The notes beneath the pieces are model-generated. The model made no database searches and was not told where the DNA came from. It worked only from the letters and a program-made list of their open reading frames with translations. DNA of 64,000 nucleotides from an uncultured Verrucomicrobiota bacterium (GTDB lineage: Bacteria; Verrucomicrobiota; Verrucomicrobiia; Limisphaerales; UBA1412), in assembly GCA_944389455.1 (NCBI GenBank), contig CALXMK010000005.1:3483-67482 (forward strand). Reading direction: 5' to 3'. Positions 9,869 through 19,877 of the stretch are shown one piece after another. Both the position numbers and the translations under genes were made by a program. Numbering within the stretch: the first letter of the stretch is position 1; the number at the start of each line of letters is the position of its first letter.

Positions 9869-10753
9869 ATGAAAATAAAAAAAGCTGTTATCCCTGCTGC
9901 CGGTTTCGGCACTCGCTTTTTACCTGCTTCTAAAGCTCAGCCCAAAGAGATGCTGCCTATTGTCGATACTCCCACCATTCAATATGTGATAGAGGAAGTT
10001 GAAAAAGCGGGTATTGACAATATTCTCATGGTTATTGGTAAAGGTAAACGCGCTATTGAAGAACACTTTGACCGTAACTTTGAGCTCGAAGAAGAATTAA
10101 AAGAAAAAAACCGACTGGATGAATTGCGTCTTATTCAGAAAATCTCTGCTATGGCTGATATATTTTTTGTTTACCAAAAAGAACTCAATGGATTAGGTGA
10201 TGCTGTCCATTACGCTAGAGGACATATTAACAATGAACCCTTTGTTGTTCTTTTAGGTGATACCATTATCGATACTAACGATGGCACCAGTATTACTTCT
10301 GAAATGATCCGTGTTTATGAGCAATTTCAAGCTCCAGTTATTCTGCTGGAAGAAGTCGATCCCCAAAAAGTAAGTCGCTACGGAATTGTAGGAGGTCACA
10401 CCCTTGATGAAAATATCTTTGAAATTGATTCTCTTATAGAAAAACCTTCTGTTCAAGATGCACCTTCTAATCTGGCCGTAGCGGGAAGATATATCCTTAC
10501 TCCCGATATTTTTGAATGTCTCGAACAAACTCCACGAGGCAAAAACGATGAAATTCAGCTTACTGACGCCATGCAAATCCTGCTCAAAAGGAGACGCTTC
10601 TACGGATTAAAGCTTAAAGGTATTCGTCATGATATCGGCAACAAGCTTGATTTTATAAAAACTAATATTCTCTATGCGATGAAACGAGAAGATATGGGCA
10701 AAGAAGTCCGTAACTTTATCCGTAAAATCGCCTCTAAATTGCCTCCAGAATAA
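9869..10753 (+). CDS. galU: UTP--glucose-1-phosphate uridylyltransferase
   Basis: KAVIPAAGFGTRFLPASKAQPKEMLPIVD.P.IQY..EE is the GalU signature. Length is 294 aa. Confidence 0.9.
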   Translation: MKIKKAVIPAAGFGTRFLPASKAQPKEMLPIVDTPTIQYVIEEVEKAGIDNILMVIGKGKRAIEEHFDRNFELEEELKEKNRLDELRLIQKISAMADIFFVYQKELNGLGDAVHYARGHINNEPFVVLLGDTIIDTNDGTSITSEMIRVYEQFQAPVILLEEVDPQKVSRYGIVGGHTLDENIFEIDSLIEKPSVQDAPSNLAVAGRYILTPDIFECLEQTPRGKNDEIQLTDAMQILLKRRRFYGLKLKGIRHDIGNKLDFIKTNILYAMKREDMGKEVRNFIRKIASKLPPE

Positions 10754-10790
10754 ATCCTTGCCGCATATTCAAGGGGAGAACCTTTGCCTA

Positions 10791-13460
10791 TCAGAGAGAA
10801 TGAGATGCAAAATAACGTTTGAGATAGCGACCTGTCCAAGTACCCTGTTCTGCAATTTGCTCCGGAGTTCCCTCTGCGACAATTTCTCCCCCTTGCTCTC
10901 CTCCTTCTGGCCCCAAATCAATCACCCAATCCGCTTCTGCGATTAAATCATAATTGTGTTCAATAACCAACACTGTATGGCCTGAATCAACCAGTCGTTG
11001 AATGACTTCCGTCAGCCGATGGATATCACTGCTATGTAAACCAATACTCGGCTCTTCCAAAATAAAAAAACTGCTGTTTCGCGGTAAATCCTTTGAATTT
11101 GAAGGAACCACCTCTCTGCCAGATCTTAACCCGCTCAGAAGATGCTTTACCAATTTAATCCGCTGTGCTTCTCCTCCACTTAAAGTAGGACTTCCTTGTC
11201 CCAACTTCATATAAGATAACCCTGTATCAGCCAGAGCCTGAAGCGCTCTGAGAATCTTAGGATGATTAGCAAAAAAGATTATTCCCTCAGCCACAGTCAT
11301 CTGAAGGATCTCACTGATATTCTTCCCCTGATAGCGGACATCCAAAGTCTCAGGATTAAATCGAGTACCTCCGCAATGTTCACAAGTCACAAAAGCTGGC
11401 GGCATAAAATTCATTGACACCTTAATGAATCCTGCCCCCTCACAAACGGAACAACGTCCAGCCGCGCTATTGAATGAAAATCTTCCTGGCTGAAATCCTT
11501 TCAATTTAGCCTCTATTCCCTGGGCAAAAATCTTCCGGATATCATCAAAAAAGCCCACATAAGTAGCCGGAACACTCCGTGGAGTCCTGCCTATTGGAGA
11601 TTGATCTACTTCATAAACAGCCCGAATAGATTCATCCCCCTCTAAACAAAAATCTTTATCCGTTTTTGAAATCCCATTCCTCTCTGACCTAGACTCAATC
11701 TTCTGCTTCAAAGCAGGATAAAGACAACCTCTCACCAAACTGCTCTTACCGGATCCGCTGACTCCCGTCACGACAATAAATCTTCCTAAAGGCAATCTTA
11801 GAGTTACATCTTTAAGATTGTGAAGCCGAGCCTCTTTTAAAATCAACCATTGTTTTTTCCCATTATTTCCACAAAGATTGCATAGGATCTCCCTTCGTTC
11901 TCCTCTGCTAGGATATTTCTGCTTCAAGTTAAGACTCCGTCCTGTTAGAGAATTCTCCTCCTTCTCTAACTCCTGAAAACTCCCCTGAAAAACAACTTTT
12001 CCCCCCTCGATTCCTGCACCGGGACCAATATCCAAAATATGATCTGCTGCACGAATCGTATCCTCATCATGTTCAACAACCACTAATGTGTTCCCCCGTT
12101 TTTTCAAGCTCTGCAAAGTCTCTATCAGCCGTGCATTATCTCTGGCATGTAATCCTATAGTAGGTTCATCCAACACATAAAGCACTCCGCTTAAGGTTGA
12201 TCCCAATTGGGCAGCCAAACGAATCCGTTGAGCTTCCCCGCCACTTAAAGTCGGAATTCCTCTTCCAAGAGACAGATAATCCAATCCTACTCGATTTAAA
12301 AAAGCCAGCCGGCTCCGAATTTCTGGTAAAATATCCCGCAAGATATTCTGCGCATAGGAATCACTCACCTTCACCCCTTCAAATAATTCCAATGCCTGCG
12401 AAGCATTCATTCCAGCTATATCCACCAATGTAGGACCTTCTTTAAGTTGTGAAAACCATTCTTTCGGAAGTCTCACCCAGCGAGAAGAACTCTTCAGTCG
12501 GCTTCCCCCGCAGGCTGGACAAATTTCACGCTCATCCCTCATCCACTCAAACCAGGATTCCTCTATATCTTCTGCTCTACTTCCTCTATCCACATCAGGC
12601 AAATAAAATATCTCCCCAAATCCTCGGCACTCAGGACACCATCCCCGTGGGCTATTAAAGCTAAAATCGTAAGGATCCAGCGCTGCATAAGAACGCCCGC
12701 ACTGAGAACAAGAACAATGCTCTGAATAAATTTTCTCTTTTCCTGGTCTAAAAGACAGAGTAAAAACTCCTTTTCCCTTGTTCAAAGCCTCTGTCAGTTT
12801 TTTTCGGATTCGTTCCTCTCCCGTATCCCTCAAAGGAATTACAATATCAATATCATGCGCGCTATAACGACTTAACTGCGGAATCTTTTTCAGAAAATAA
12901 TACTCTCCGTCTATCCGCACATTGTACCATCCTTCAGAAGCCATCTCCTGCAAAAGTTCCATATGGTTCCCCTTGCGAGCCCTTAGTATAGGAACCAAAC
13001 ACTGTACATTTCCGGGTTCCTCTTTTATATCCTGAATTGCCTGCTCAATCACCAACTGCCTGCTTCTTCCCAAAATAGGAATATTGCAGCTCTCACAATA
13101 CTGTATTCCCAATCTGGCATACAGCAACCTCAAGAAATGATACACCTCAGTCAAAGTTCCCACGGTACTCTTGCCTCCACCGCGCGTAGAACGCTGTTCT
13201 ATGCTGACCGATGGGGGAATTCCTTCGATTAAATCAAGGTCCGCTCGGGGAAGCTGCTCCACAAACTGCCGGGCATAAGCGCTCATCGAATCAAGAAAAC
13301 GACGCTGTCCCTCTGCAAAAAGGACATTAAAAGCTAAAGTACTCTTGCCAGAACCACTTACACCGGTTACAACGGTAAATTCACCACGCGGAATTGAAAG
13401 GGATAAATTTTGTAAATTATGCTCTCGAACCCCTTCAATCCTGATAATCTCTTTCTTCAT
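10791..13460 (-). CDS. uvrA: Excinuclease ABC subunit A family protein (UvrA, somewhat short)
   Basis: There are two ABC modules (GVSGSGKST twice, LSGGEAQRI twice). The N-terminal motif is AEGQRRFLDSMSAYARQF and CxxC zinc modules are present. At 889 aa it is shorter than roughly 940-aa canonical UvrA. Confidence 0.85.
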   Translation of the reverse strand: MKKEIIRIEGVREHNLQNLSLSIPRGEFTVVTGVSGSGKSTLAFNVLFAEGQRRFLDSMSAYARQFVEQLPRADLDLIEGIPPSVSIEQRSTRGGGKSTVGTLTEVYHFLRLLYARLGIQYCESCNIPILGRSRQLVIEQAIQDIKEEPGNVQCLVPILRARKGNHMELLQEMASEGWYNVRIDGEYYFLKKIPQLSRYSAHDIDIVIPLRDTGEERIRKKLTEALNKGKGVFTLSFRPGKEKIYSEHCSCSQCGRSYAALDPYDFSFNSPRGWCPECRGFGEIFYLPDVDRGSRAEDIEESWFEWMRDEREICPACGGSRLKSSSRWVRLPKEWFSQLKEGPTLVDIAGMNASQALELFEGVKVSDSYAQNILRDILPEIRSRLAFLNRVGLDYLSLGRGIPTLSGGEAQRIRLAAQLGSTLSGVLYVLDEPTIGLHARDNARLIETLQSLKKRGNTLVVVEHDEDTIRAADHILDIGPGAGIEGGKVVFQGSFQELEKEENSLTGRSLNLKQKYPSRGERREILCNLCGNNGKKQWLILKEARLHNLKDVTLRLPLGRFIVVTGVSGSGKSSLVRGCLYPALKQKIESRSERNGISKTDKDFCLEGDESIRAVYEVDQSPIGRTPRSVPATYVGFFDDIRKIFAQGIEAKLKGFQPGRFSFNSAAGRCSVCEGAGFIKVSMNFMPPAFVTCEHCGGTRFNPETLDVRYQGKNISEILQMTVAEGIIFFANHPKILRALQALADTGLSYMKLGQGSPTLSGGEAQRIKLVKHLLSGLRSGREVVPSNSKDLPRNSSFFILEEPSIGLHSSDIHRLTEVIQRLVDSGHTVLVIEHNYDLIAEADWVIDLGPEGGEQGGEIVAEGTPEQIAEQGTWTGRYLKRYFASHSL

Positions 13461-13464
13461 TAAG

Positions 13465-16400
13465 TTACTCGTCAGCCTCTTGGGGAAGAATAAATGCCAC
13501 TAAGACTCTCCCTGCTGAAATAGGGATACTGATCAATTTCCCTGATCGAGATTCCTGAATATTATCAATCTTCGGGACCACAATCTGCATTTGAGCAGTA
13601 TCCATTCCCAAACGCTCTGCTGGCTCTAAATTCAGCACAATCTCTTTGGGCTCTTTGCTCCAACTCGAAAGCACAATCATCATGGCATTATCCTTTATAT
13701 AAACCGAGCTCAAGACCTCTTCATCTCCGGTCTGTACTGGACAATCTTTATCCCAATAGCCAATCAATCTACTCTCCTTGATTCCAAAAGCATCACACAA
13801 TTTCCAAAGTCTTTCTACTCCCCTATCCACCCCTTTCATTGAAGGTAAATTACCATATAAAAGTTGTCTCCAGGAATAACTTCCATCAAAAGATGTATTG
13901 ATTCCGAAAGGAACTCCGCTCAATTCCACCAAGTAATAATCTTCCCCAGCCTCATAGGAAAAACCATCCGAAAAAGAAATTGAATCCAACAAGCTTAAAT
14001 GCTCCATATATTGGCCCATCGGATTAGCCATCCCTGTATCTTCTTTTAGATTATTGCCGGTAATAGAATCCAATAAAGTTCCTTCTGGGAAGATATCTCT
14101 CACAACCCTCCGCACTCGCTTGGTAACTTCACGATGAGATAAATCCATGCGAATTCCCTTTACTCCAAACTCTTTCCCTAACCAACGAAGAGTCTCCATA
14201 TAATAATTCTGCCAACGGCTTAATGGATTGATTCCTAAAGTCACAATCTCTTCCCCTTCCGCGCTGTGCGAAAGCCATGAAGCACTATAGCCCTTGCTCA
14301 AATGTTCACACAGCCAAGGATTACCAATAAAAGGAATACTCTCCTCCGCATAGCGCGCACCATATTGTTCCACTGCATATTTCATCACCGGAGTATAGGT
14401 AAAAACCTCATGATTTAAACTCCAAAGAGGACGGAATTCTGGAATCCGATACGGTATCTCTCTGCATCCTAAACGGAAATGAGCGCTCACCTTATTCTCA
14501 TTCAGAGAATGAATATACTCTCTTAACAAATCCTGCTGATGAAACGGATAGTTCAAATATGAATAAATGACCGGATCATACTCCAAGACTACACGATCCG
14601 GTGCAGGAATTTCTCCATCAAGATTACCGCTGTAAATTTTTTCTCCTCCAACTTGCATATCTTTCTGTTGAAAAGGAGTCAACATTAAATGAAATGAAAA
14701 TATTCTCTCCTCTCCTTGACTAAGGCGCATAGAACCGGTGCTAATAACTAACTCAATCACTCCATCTTTGGGACGCATTGTTATTTTACTTTCCCCCTTA
14801 TCAGCATCTCCGCACCAATCCTGATAAGGATGTTCAATAAAATAAGTTCCCTGACAACCAGCACGATCCTGCAATTTACAATAAAGTCCATTTTCCACTC
14901 CTCCTATCCAAAAAAATTGATTAGCGTTCTTTGTCCACTTCCATTCCAGAAAATCAGGACGATATCCCCCTCTAATTCCCAATCCCATAAAGTAAGGAAC
15001 TGACTCGCTGTTAAAAGAAAAAACAAGCTGTGCATCTTCCGCGACAAAATCTTCTTCTATTGCATTAAGCTCCAATGTCATTTCGATAAAGCCATCTGGC
15101 TCTGCTGACGCCATTGTTTGCAAAGAAAGTCCTGAGGAATAACTTTTTGTTTCCCAATTCACGCTCTCTCCACTTTCAGAATCAAATATCGTCCCCTGAT
15201 TTGTCCATTGTATCCAAGTTCCAGCTCTCTTAAGACGAAACTCCATTGGCAATGCGAATAAATTCTGTCCTACTTGGCCTGGAAGGCCTCCTGGTGTTAG
15301 ACGCAATTTATGATTATTGATGGTCAGCACATTCTCATCACGCAGAATATCCGGATATTTCACCGGGAAATCCCTTCCCGAGCCCAATGAGGAATCAAGC
15401 CAACTTAATCGAGAAAAAGCCGCCTGTTCTGCTTCTTGAGCTTCACTCTCCTTCGAAACAACCTCTAACTTTAAAGATAAAGGAGTATGAAGCAAATTCC
15501 AACCGCTAAATATCAAGTCCCCACTGTACTTTCCCTCAGGGGTTCCATCTGGAATCTCCAGTAAACACCATAAAGGCAGCACATGCCCCCTCTTCAGAAA
15601 AAGACTTTTTAATAATGGATATCCTTGAAAATTATTCCCACTTAAATTTAAACATCGAACCTTTAAAGATGAATTCAGCTTACCTTGGGCATCTTTAAAA
15701 CCAATATTCCCCATCATTAATTCAGGGATATCTTTCTGTGGAGCTACAGCAGCCAATTGGAAAACAATCGTTTTTCCGGGACTCCCTCGCAATTCATATA
15801 CCTTCAGAGGTTCTTTCTCCATCCATGCCAAAGGTAAATATTCAGTCATACAAATCGGAGAAGTCAGAGATTCACTAAAGAAAACAATTCTGTCCTTTGC
15901 CAATCGCTCAAGAAAAATCTCTCTCTCTGCTTCTGTCATCGGAATCTCCATTTCATTAAAGAGATTCTCTTCCCCATTAGATTCCAATTTAATAACAGCC
16001 GCACGCTCTATTCCTACAGGAGTTTTCCCCTCTCGGATAGCGGTCGCTGCAATTTCCGCCCGTTCTCTCCATACGGAAGAAACAGTCTCTTGTGAAAGAT
16101 ATTTCGGATATGGATTCCAACTTCTCTCTACCATCTCAAACGGAATATAATAGAGATAGTAATCTCCCGGCTCCGGGGACTCAAAAAGGATATCTCCATA
16201 TTCCTTATTACTCTCAATAACAAGCGCATTGCCAATACGCTCTCCCGTCTTTGCCAAAACAACCTCTATCCCACGCAACGGCACCATTTCATCAATCCTT
16301 CGCCACGCGACTCGTGTCCAACAAAGCTCCGCCGCTCTCTCTACCCGAACTGCGGCTCTGTGATTTCCAACCCCTTCCGGATTCCATTCAGCAACTCCAA

Positions 16401-16521
16401 CTGGCAATTTAGGCAGAACAATTGAACGCACACTCTTTTCAGCCTCATTCTGCGCACTAAGTTCGGTTCCGAAAAACACAAACGAAAGAACACACAACAA
16501 CCACAAAATTTTTCTCTTCAT
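13465..16521 (-). CDS. Large secreted protein of unknown function (possibly carbohydrate-active)
   Basis: 1018 aa with an N-terminal signal peptide (MKRKILWLLCVLSFVFFGTELSAQ). It is a long uninterrupted ORF with protein-like composition. I recognise no firm family; a glycoside-hydrolase-like C-terminal half is only a guess. Confidence 0.7.
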   Translation of the reverse strand: MKRKILWLLCVLSFVFFGTELSAQNEAEKSVRSIVLPKLPVGVAEWNPEGVGNHRAAVRVERAAELCWTRVAWRRIDEMVPLRGIEVVLAKTGERIGNALVIESNKEYGDILFESPEPGDYYLYYIPFEMVERSWNPYPKYLSQETVSSVWRERAEIAATAIREGKTPVGIERAAVIKLESNGEENLFNEMEIPMTEAEREIFLERLAKDRIVFFSESLTSPICMTEYLPLAWMEKEPLKVYELRGSPGKTIVFQLAAVAPQKDIPELMMGNIGFKDAQGKLNSSLKVRCLNLSGNNFQGYPLLKSLFLKRGHVLPLWCLLEIPDGTPEGKYSGDLIFSGWNLLHTPLSLKLEVVSKESEAQEAEQAAFSRLSWLDSSLGSGRDFPVKYPDILRDENVLTINNHKLRLTPGGLPGQVGQNLFALPMEFRLKRAGTWIQWTNQGTIFDSESGESVNWETKSYSSGLSLQTMASAEPDGFIEMTLELNAIEEDFVAEDAQLVFSFNSESVPYFMGLGIRGGYRPDFLEWKWTKNANQFFWIGGVENGLYCKLQDRAGCQGTYFIEHPYQDWCGDADKGESKITMRPKDGVIELVISTGSMRLSQGEERIFSFHLMLTPFQQKDMQVGGEKIYSGNLDGEIPAPDRVVLEYDPVIYSYLNYPFHQQDLLREYIHSLNENKVSAHFRLGCREIPYRIPEFRPLWSLNHEVFTYTPVMKYAVEQYGARYAEESIPFIGNPWLCEHLSKGYSASWLSHSAEGEEIVTLGINPLSRWQNYYMETLRWLGKEFGVKGIRMDLSHREVTKRVRRVVRDIFPEGTLLDSITGNNLKEDTGMANPMGQYMEHLSLLDSISFSDGFSYEAGEDYYLVELSGVPFGINTSFDGSYSWRQLLYGNLPSMKGVDRGVERLWKLCDAFGIKESRLIGYWDKDCPVQTGDEEVLSSVYIKDNAMMIVLSSWSKEPKEIVLNLEPAERLGMDTAQMQIVVPKIDNIQESRSGKLISIPISAGRVLVAFILPQEADE

Positions 16522-16600
16522 CTCTGCTTTAAATCTAATATGACAAAATTATCTAAATATAAAATATTTGCACTTGAATACAATAGATATTCTACACAAC

Positions 16601-17245
16601 TTAAATGGAATCCACCACTTTCCCGGATTCCACTTCACTTTCTCCTTCCTCCTCTGTACTGATATCCTCAGCAGATAAACACAAAAAACGCATGACATTA
16701 TCCCCATGCCTCAAAACTTTAATCTCTCTCCAGGGCGAAACAATATCAAGTGTTTCACGGCAAGGATGCCCCAATAGAAAAAGACCATCCTCCTTTAGGA
16801 GCATTCTCAGAGTTATACTATCCAGGAGCCTCTGTGCAAAAGAATTAGAACGAACGCCAATATTCTTCTCTCCAAAAGGAGGATCCGCTAGAATTAAATC
16901 AAAACGCCTCCCTAAACTAGAGAGTTGTTCAATAGCAACATAAGCATCTTGAACTCTCAGAGTAAGGCGATTCTTCTCAAATCCGCAATACTCCCAATTA
17001 GAACGTAATATATCTGCGTGGCGACGAGCTTTCTCTATGCAGGTAGAACTGTGTGCTCCACGACTGATACACTCCAGACTGAGAGCTCCGCTTCCTGCAA
17101 AAAGCTCCAGAACCTCTGCATCATAAACCTTTGTTCCTAGACTATTAAACATCGCCTGTCTCATCATATCCGGGGTAGGTCGAACTGCATATCCTTTGGG
17201 GACTCTGATAGTCAATCCTTTCACGCTTCCTCCTGTAACTCTCAC
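16601..17245 (-). CDS. rsmD: 16S rRNA (guanine966-N2)-methyltransferase RsmD
   Basis: GG..KG..I......VRPT.D..R.A.FN.LG, then LELFAGSGALSLE..SRGA, then the DPPF catalytic motif (ILADPPF). Confidence 0.85.
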   Translation of the reverse strand: MRVTGGSVKGLTIRVPKGYAVRPTPDMMRQAMFNSLGTKVYDAEVLELFAGSGALSLECISRGAHSSTCIEKARRHADILRSNWEYCGFEKNRLTLRVQDAYVAIEQLSSLGRRFDLILADPPFGEKNIGVRSNSFAQRLLDSITLRMLLKEDGLFLLGHPCRETLDIVSPWREIKVLRHGDNVMRFLCLSAEDISTEEEGESEVESGKVVDSI

Positions 17246-17248
17246 TTT

Positions 17249-18721
17249 CTACATCCTTTCTGCCAAATCATTTGCCGTCCAAGCACCTCTGTAAGAATTA
17301 TTTTTCATTATAAGAAACTCCGCTCTTTCTTTCGTAAACTTCTTGTCCAATGCCGCTCCAACCTCAGCATGATGATACACCGCATAACAAACCTTCTCTA
17401 AAAGAGAATGCTCGTTCTCCTGAGCCAAAACCCCCCCCGCAAAACCGGCTAATACATCACCCGTACCTCCTTGTGCCAATCCAGGAGCTGCTATTGGGGT
17501 AAGATAGAGATCACTATCTGCTCTTCCGACTAAGGTCTGATACCCCTTTAAAGCCACAATGGCATTGCCATAAGAAGTTGAAATCCTTTTCAAGGCGCCC
17601 TCTCGATCCGCCAATACATCCGCTGTTGAACACCTTAATAAACGAGCAGCCTCCCCCGGATGAGGAGTTAATATTCTCCTGGCACCACAATTTCCTCTGG
17701 AAGAATCACATTCTCCTAAAGGTAAATGAGCCAAAGCGGAAGCATCCGCTAAAATTGGCAGCGAAGAAAATCTCCATAAGTTCACGCACCAATCCCAAAA
17801 TTCCTTCGGAATAGAAGGATCTGCCAATCCTGGCCCCATCATAATGGCTGTAGTCCGCAAAGGGATCTTCCACTTTGGACTCCACGGATGTACCATCTGA
17901 ACTTGCAATTGAGAGGCCACAGGAATATAAACATCCGGTTGGACACAAACAGTTACCAGACCGACTCCGGAAGCCGCCGCAGCTTTTGCTGCCAGCACAG
18001 CTGCTCCGTGATAACCTAAACTTCCAGCCAAAATTAACAGATGTCCAAAAGTCCCCTTATTGCAATCAAGCAACGGTTTTGAATAAAAACTCTCAAAATC
18101 AGAGCCTTCCAACCAATGCAGAGAGGAAGGCGGAATCTCTTTCGATAATCCTATCTCTGACAATAACTCTATTTGTCCTGCATATTTTGCTGCTTGAGGA
18201 TTGATCAACGACGTCTTAGGACATCCTAAAGTAAGAGTATAATCCGCTTTTATTGCCTCCGGGAAAGGTATCCCATCAACACTAAGTCCCGAAGGAATAT
18301 CTACTGAGACAATCGGAATACGGCAATCATTCATTAACCTGATTAGCTGGCACCAGGGCCCATTCAAAGGACGATTCAATCCTATTCCAAAAAGACCATC
18401 TATCAAAATCTTTGGTCTATTCTCACTCGACTCCAAAAGCTCCCGCAGATTATCTACATCATTTAATGGAGATTTAATTTCACAAATCTTGACCTGACAA
18501 TATGAAGAGACAAATTCAGCCGCGACTCGAGCATCATCCCCATTATGCCCTTTGCCTACTACAAATAAGAATAAAGTCTCTTTCTCTGGTCTAAAAAGTC
18601 TTAACAAGGCTTCTCCTACGCACCTACCAGCCTGCCGAATGACAACCTCCTCTTTAATCCCTTGGTCCCAAGAAAAGTTTTCCCACTCACGCATCTGATT
18701 GGCTGTTAAAACTGAATACAT
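17249..18721 (-). CDS. nnr: Bifunctional NAD(P)H-hydrate repair enzyme Nnr (epimerase/dehydratase)
   Basis: The N-terminal half is a YjeF_N domain. The C-terminal half is a carbohydrate-kinase-like domain with GHLLILAGSLGYHGAAVLAAKAA..SGVGLVTV, LTPHPGEAARLL and GGTGDVLAG. Confidence 0.9.
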   Translation of the reverse strand: MYSVLTANQMREWENFSWDQGIKEEVVIRQAGRCVGEALLRLFRPEKETLFLFVVGKGHNGDDARVAAEFVSSYCQVKICEIKSPLNDVDNLRELLESSENRPKILIDGLFGIGLNRPLNGPWCQLIRLMNDCRIPIVSVDIPSGLSVDGIPFPEAIKADYTLTLGCPKTSLINPQAAKYAGQIELLSEIGLSKEIPPSSLHWLEGSDFESFYSKPLLDCNKGTFGHLLILAGSLGYHGAAVLAAKAAAASGVGLVTVCVQPDVYIPVASQLQVQMVHPWSPKWKIPLRTTAIMMGPGLADPSIPKEFWDWCVNLWRFSSLPILADASALAHLPLGECDSSRGNCGARRILTPHPGEAARLLRCSTADVLADREGALKRISTSYGNAIVALKGYQTLVGRADSDLYLTPIAAPGLAQGGTGDVLAGFAGGVLAQENEHSLLEKVCYAVYHHAEVGAALDKKFTKERAEFLIMKNNSYRGAWTANDLAERM

Positions 18722-18733
18722 CTTTTCTCCTTG

Positions 18734-19729
18734 CTAATCCTTCCGCATTCTTCGCTGAGCCTTTTCCAAAATCTCCCTTTCTTCCGGAGTTAAACTCTGA
18801 ATACCATGATGAAAAATTTTATCTAAAATAGGATCTACTCTCTTACGTATAAACTCCTCATCCGGTTCATCATCTATAATTTGAGCATCCTGTACAGGAG
18901 GTTTAGGATAAGAACGAGAATACGGCGAATTTCCGCCGGAGCTTTTCTCATTCTCAGCTCCTCCCTGAATGGTATACCCCTGGGAACCCATCCCCCATGT
19001 TTTGGTAAAAGGAGTCGAGCCAGAGCTATGCCTTCTCCTCTCACCCATAAACCCAAAACGATAACGATGAAAATTAAAACTGACTTTTCTTAAAACAAAA
19101 ATACCAGTTAACATTCCCCCCAAATGCGCTGCATGAGCAATAGAACTTCCATCTGCAAAAATCATTCCCCACAGAGCTACAACCCCTGCAATATAAATTA
19201 AGGTTTTCGCCTGCATACTAAAAGGAATTACAAAAAAGATCAGCAAGGTCAATCTCTGATATGGATAAAGAGCAGCAAAGCCTCCAACTACCCCAAATAC
19301 TCCAGCAGACGCTCCAACAACCAGCGCATTTCCAAAATGAGACGGGGCTATCCAACAACAAGCTATTTGAAATAGCCCTCCGCATGCACCTGAAATCAGA
19401 TACAACTTTAAAAATTCTCTCTTCCCAATGGCAGCCTCTAATATTCTGCCGATAAAATATAACGTCAGCAAATTTAAAAAAATATGCATCAAACCGGCGT
19501 GCATAAATTGAAATGTCAGCACCTGCCAAATAAAACCATGTTCCAGTCCAGGTAAGCTTAACGCTAACCAGGGACGCAAATCCATAATTCTTAATTCTCG
19601 CAGCAGAACATCTAAAATAAATACCGCTACATTCAGCACAATCAATAGCTGAACACCGCTCAATTCCGCTGGAAACTTTATTTTTCCCCCTCCATTTAGA
19701 GGACGCATATAATCTCTATCACTTAACAC
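18734..19729 (-). CDS. Rhomboid-family intramembrane serine protease with C-terminal cytoplasmic extension
   Basis: Multiple TM helices are present, with the catalytic GASAGVFG (Ser) and AHLGG (His) motifs. A roughly 110-aa hydrophilic tail ends ...SLTPEEREILEKAQRRMRKD. Confidence 0.85.
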   Translation of the reverse strand: MLSDRDYMRPLNGGGKIKFPAELSGVQLLIVLNVAVFILDVLLRELRIMDLRPWLALSLPGLEHGFIWQVLTFQFMHAGLMHIFLNLLTLYFIGRILEAAIGKREFLKLYLISGACGGLFQIACCWIAPSHFGNALVVGASAGVFGVVGGFAALYPYQRLTLLIFFVIPFSMQAKTLIYIAGVVALWGMIFADGSSIAHAAHLGGMLTGIFVLRKVSFNFHRYRFGFMGERRRHSSGSTPFTKTWGMGSQGYTIQGGAENEKSSGGNSPYSRSYPKPPVQDAQIIDDEPDEEFIRKRVDPILDKIFHHGIQSLTPEEREILEKAQRRMRKD

Positions 19730-19793
19730 TTTTTAGATGGGATAAATTCTATTTCCCCTTACTCAGGGTAGCATAAAAAACACATTTTCTCTA

Positions 19794-19828
19794 TAGAAAA
19801 AGGGTTTCATCCCTTAAGATGAAACCCT
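19794..19828 (-). terminator. Intrinsic terminator downstream of the H-X9-DG gene
   Basis: On the minus strand AGGGTTTCATC-ttaagg-GATGAAACCCT forms an 11-bp perfect stem, followed by TTTTTCT. Confidence 0.6.
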
Positions 19829-19877
19829 CTTTTCTAAAAGTAATGTGCTTGACAGACTTAATTACTTCATAATTGCA

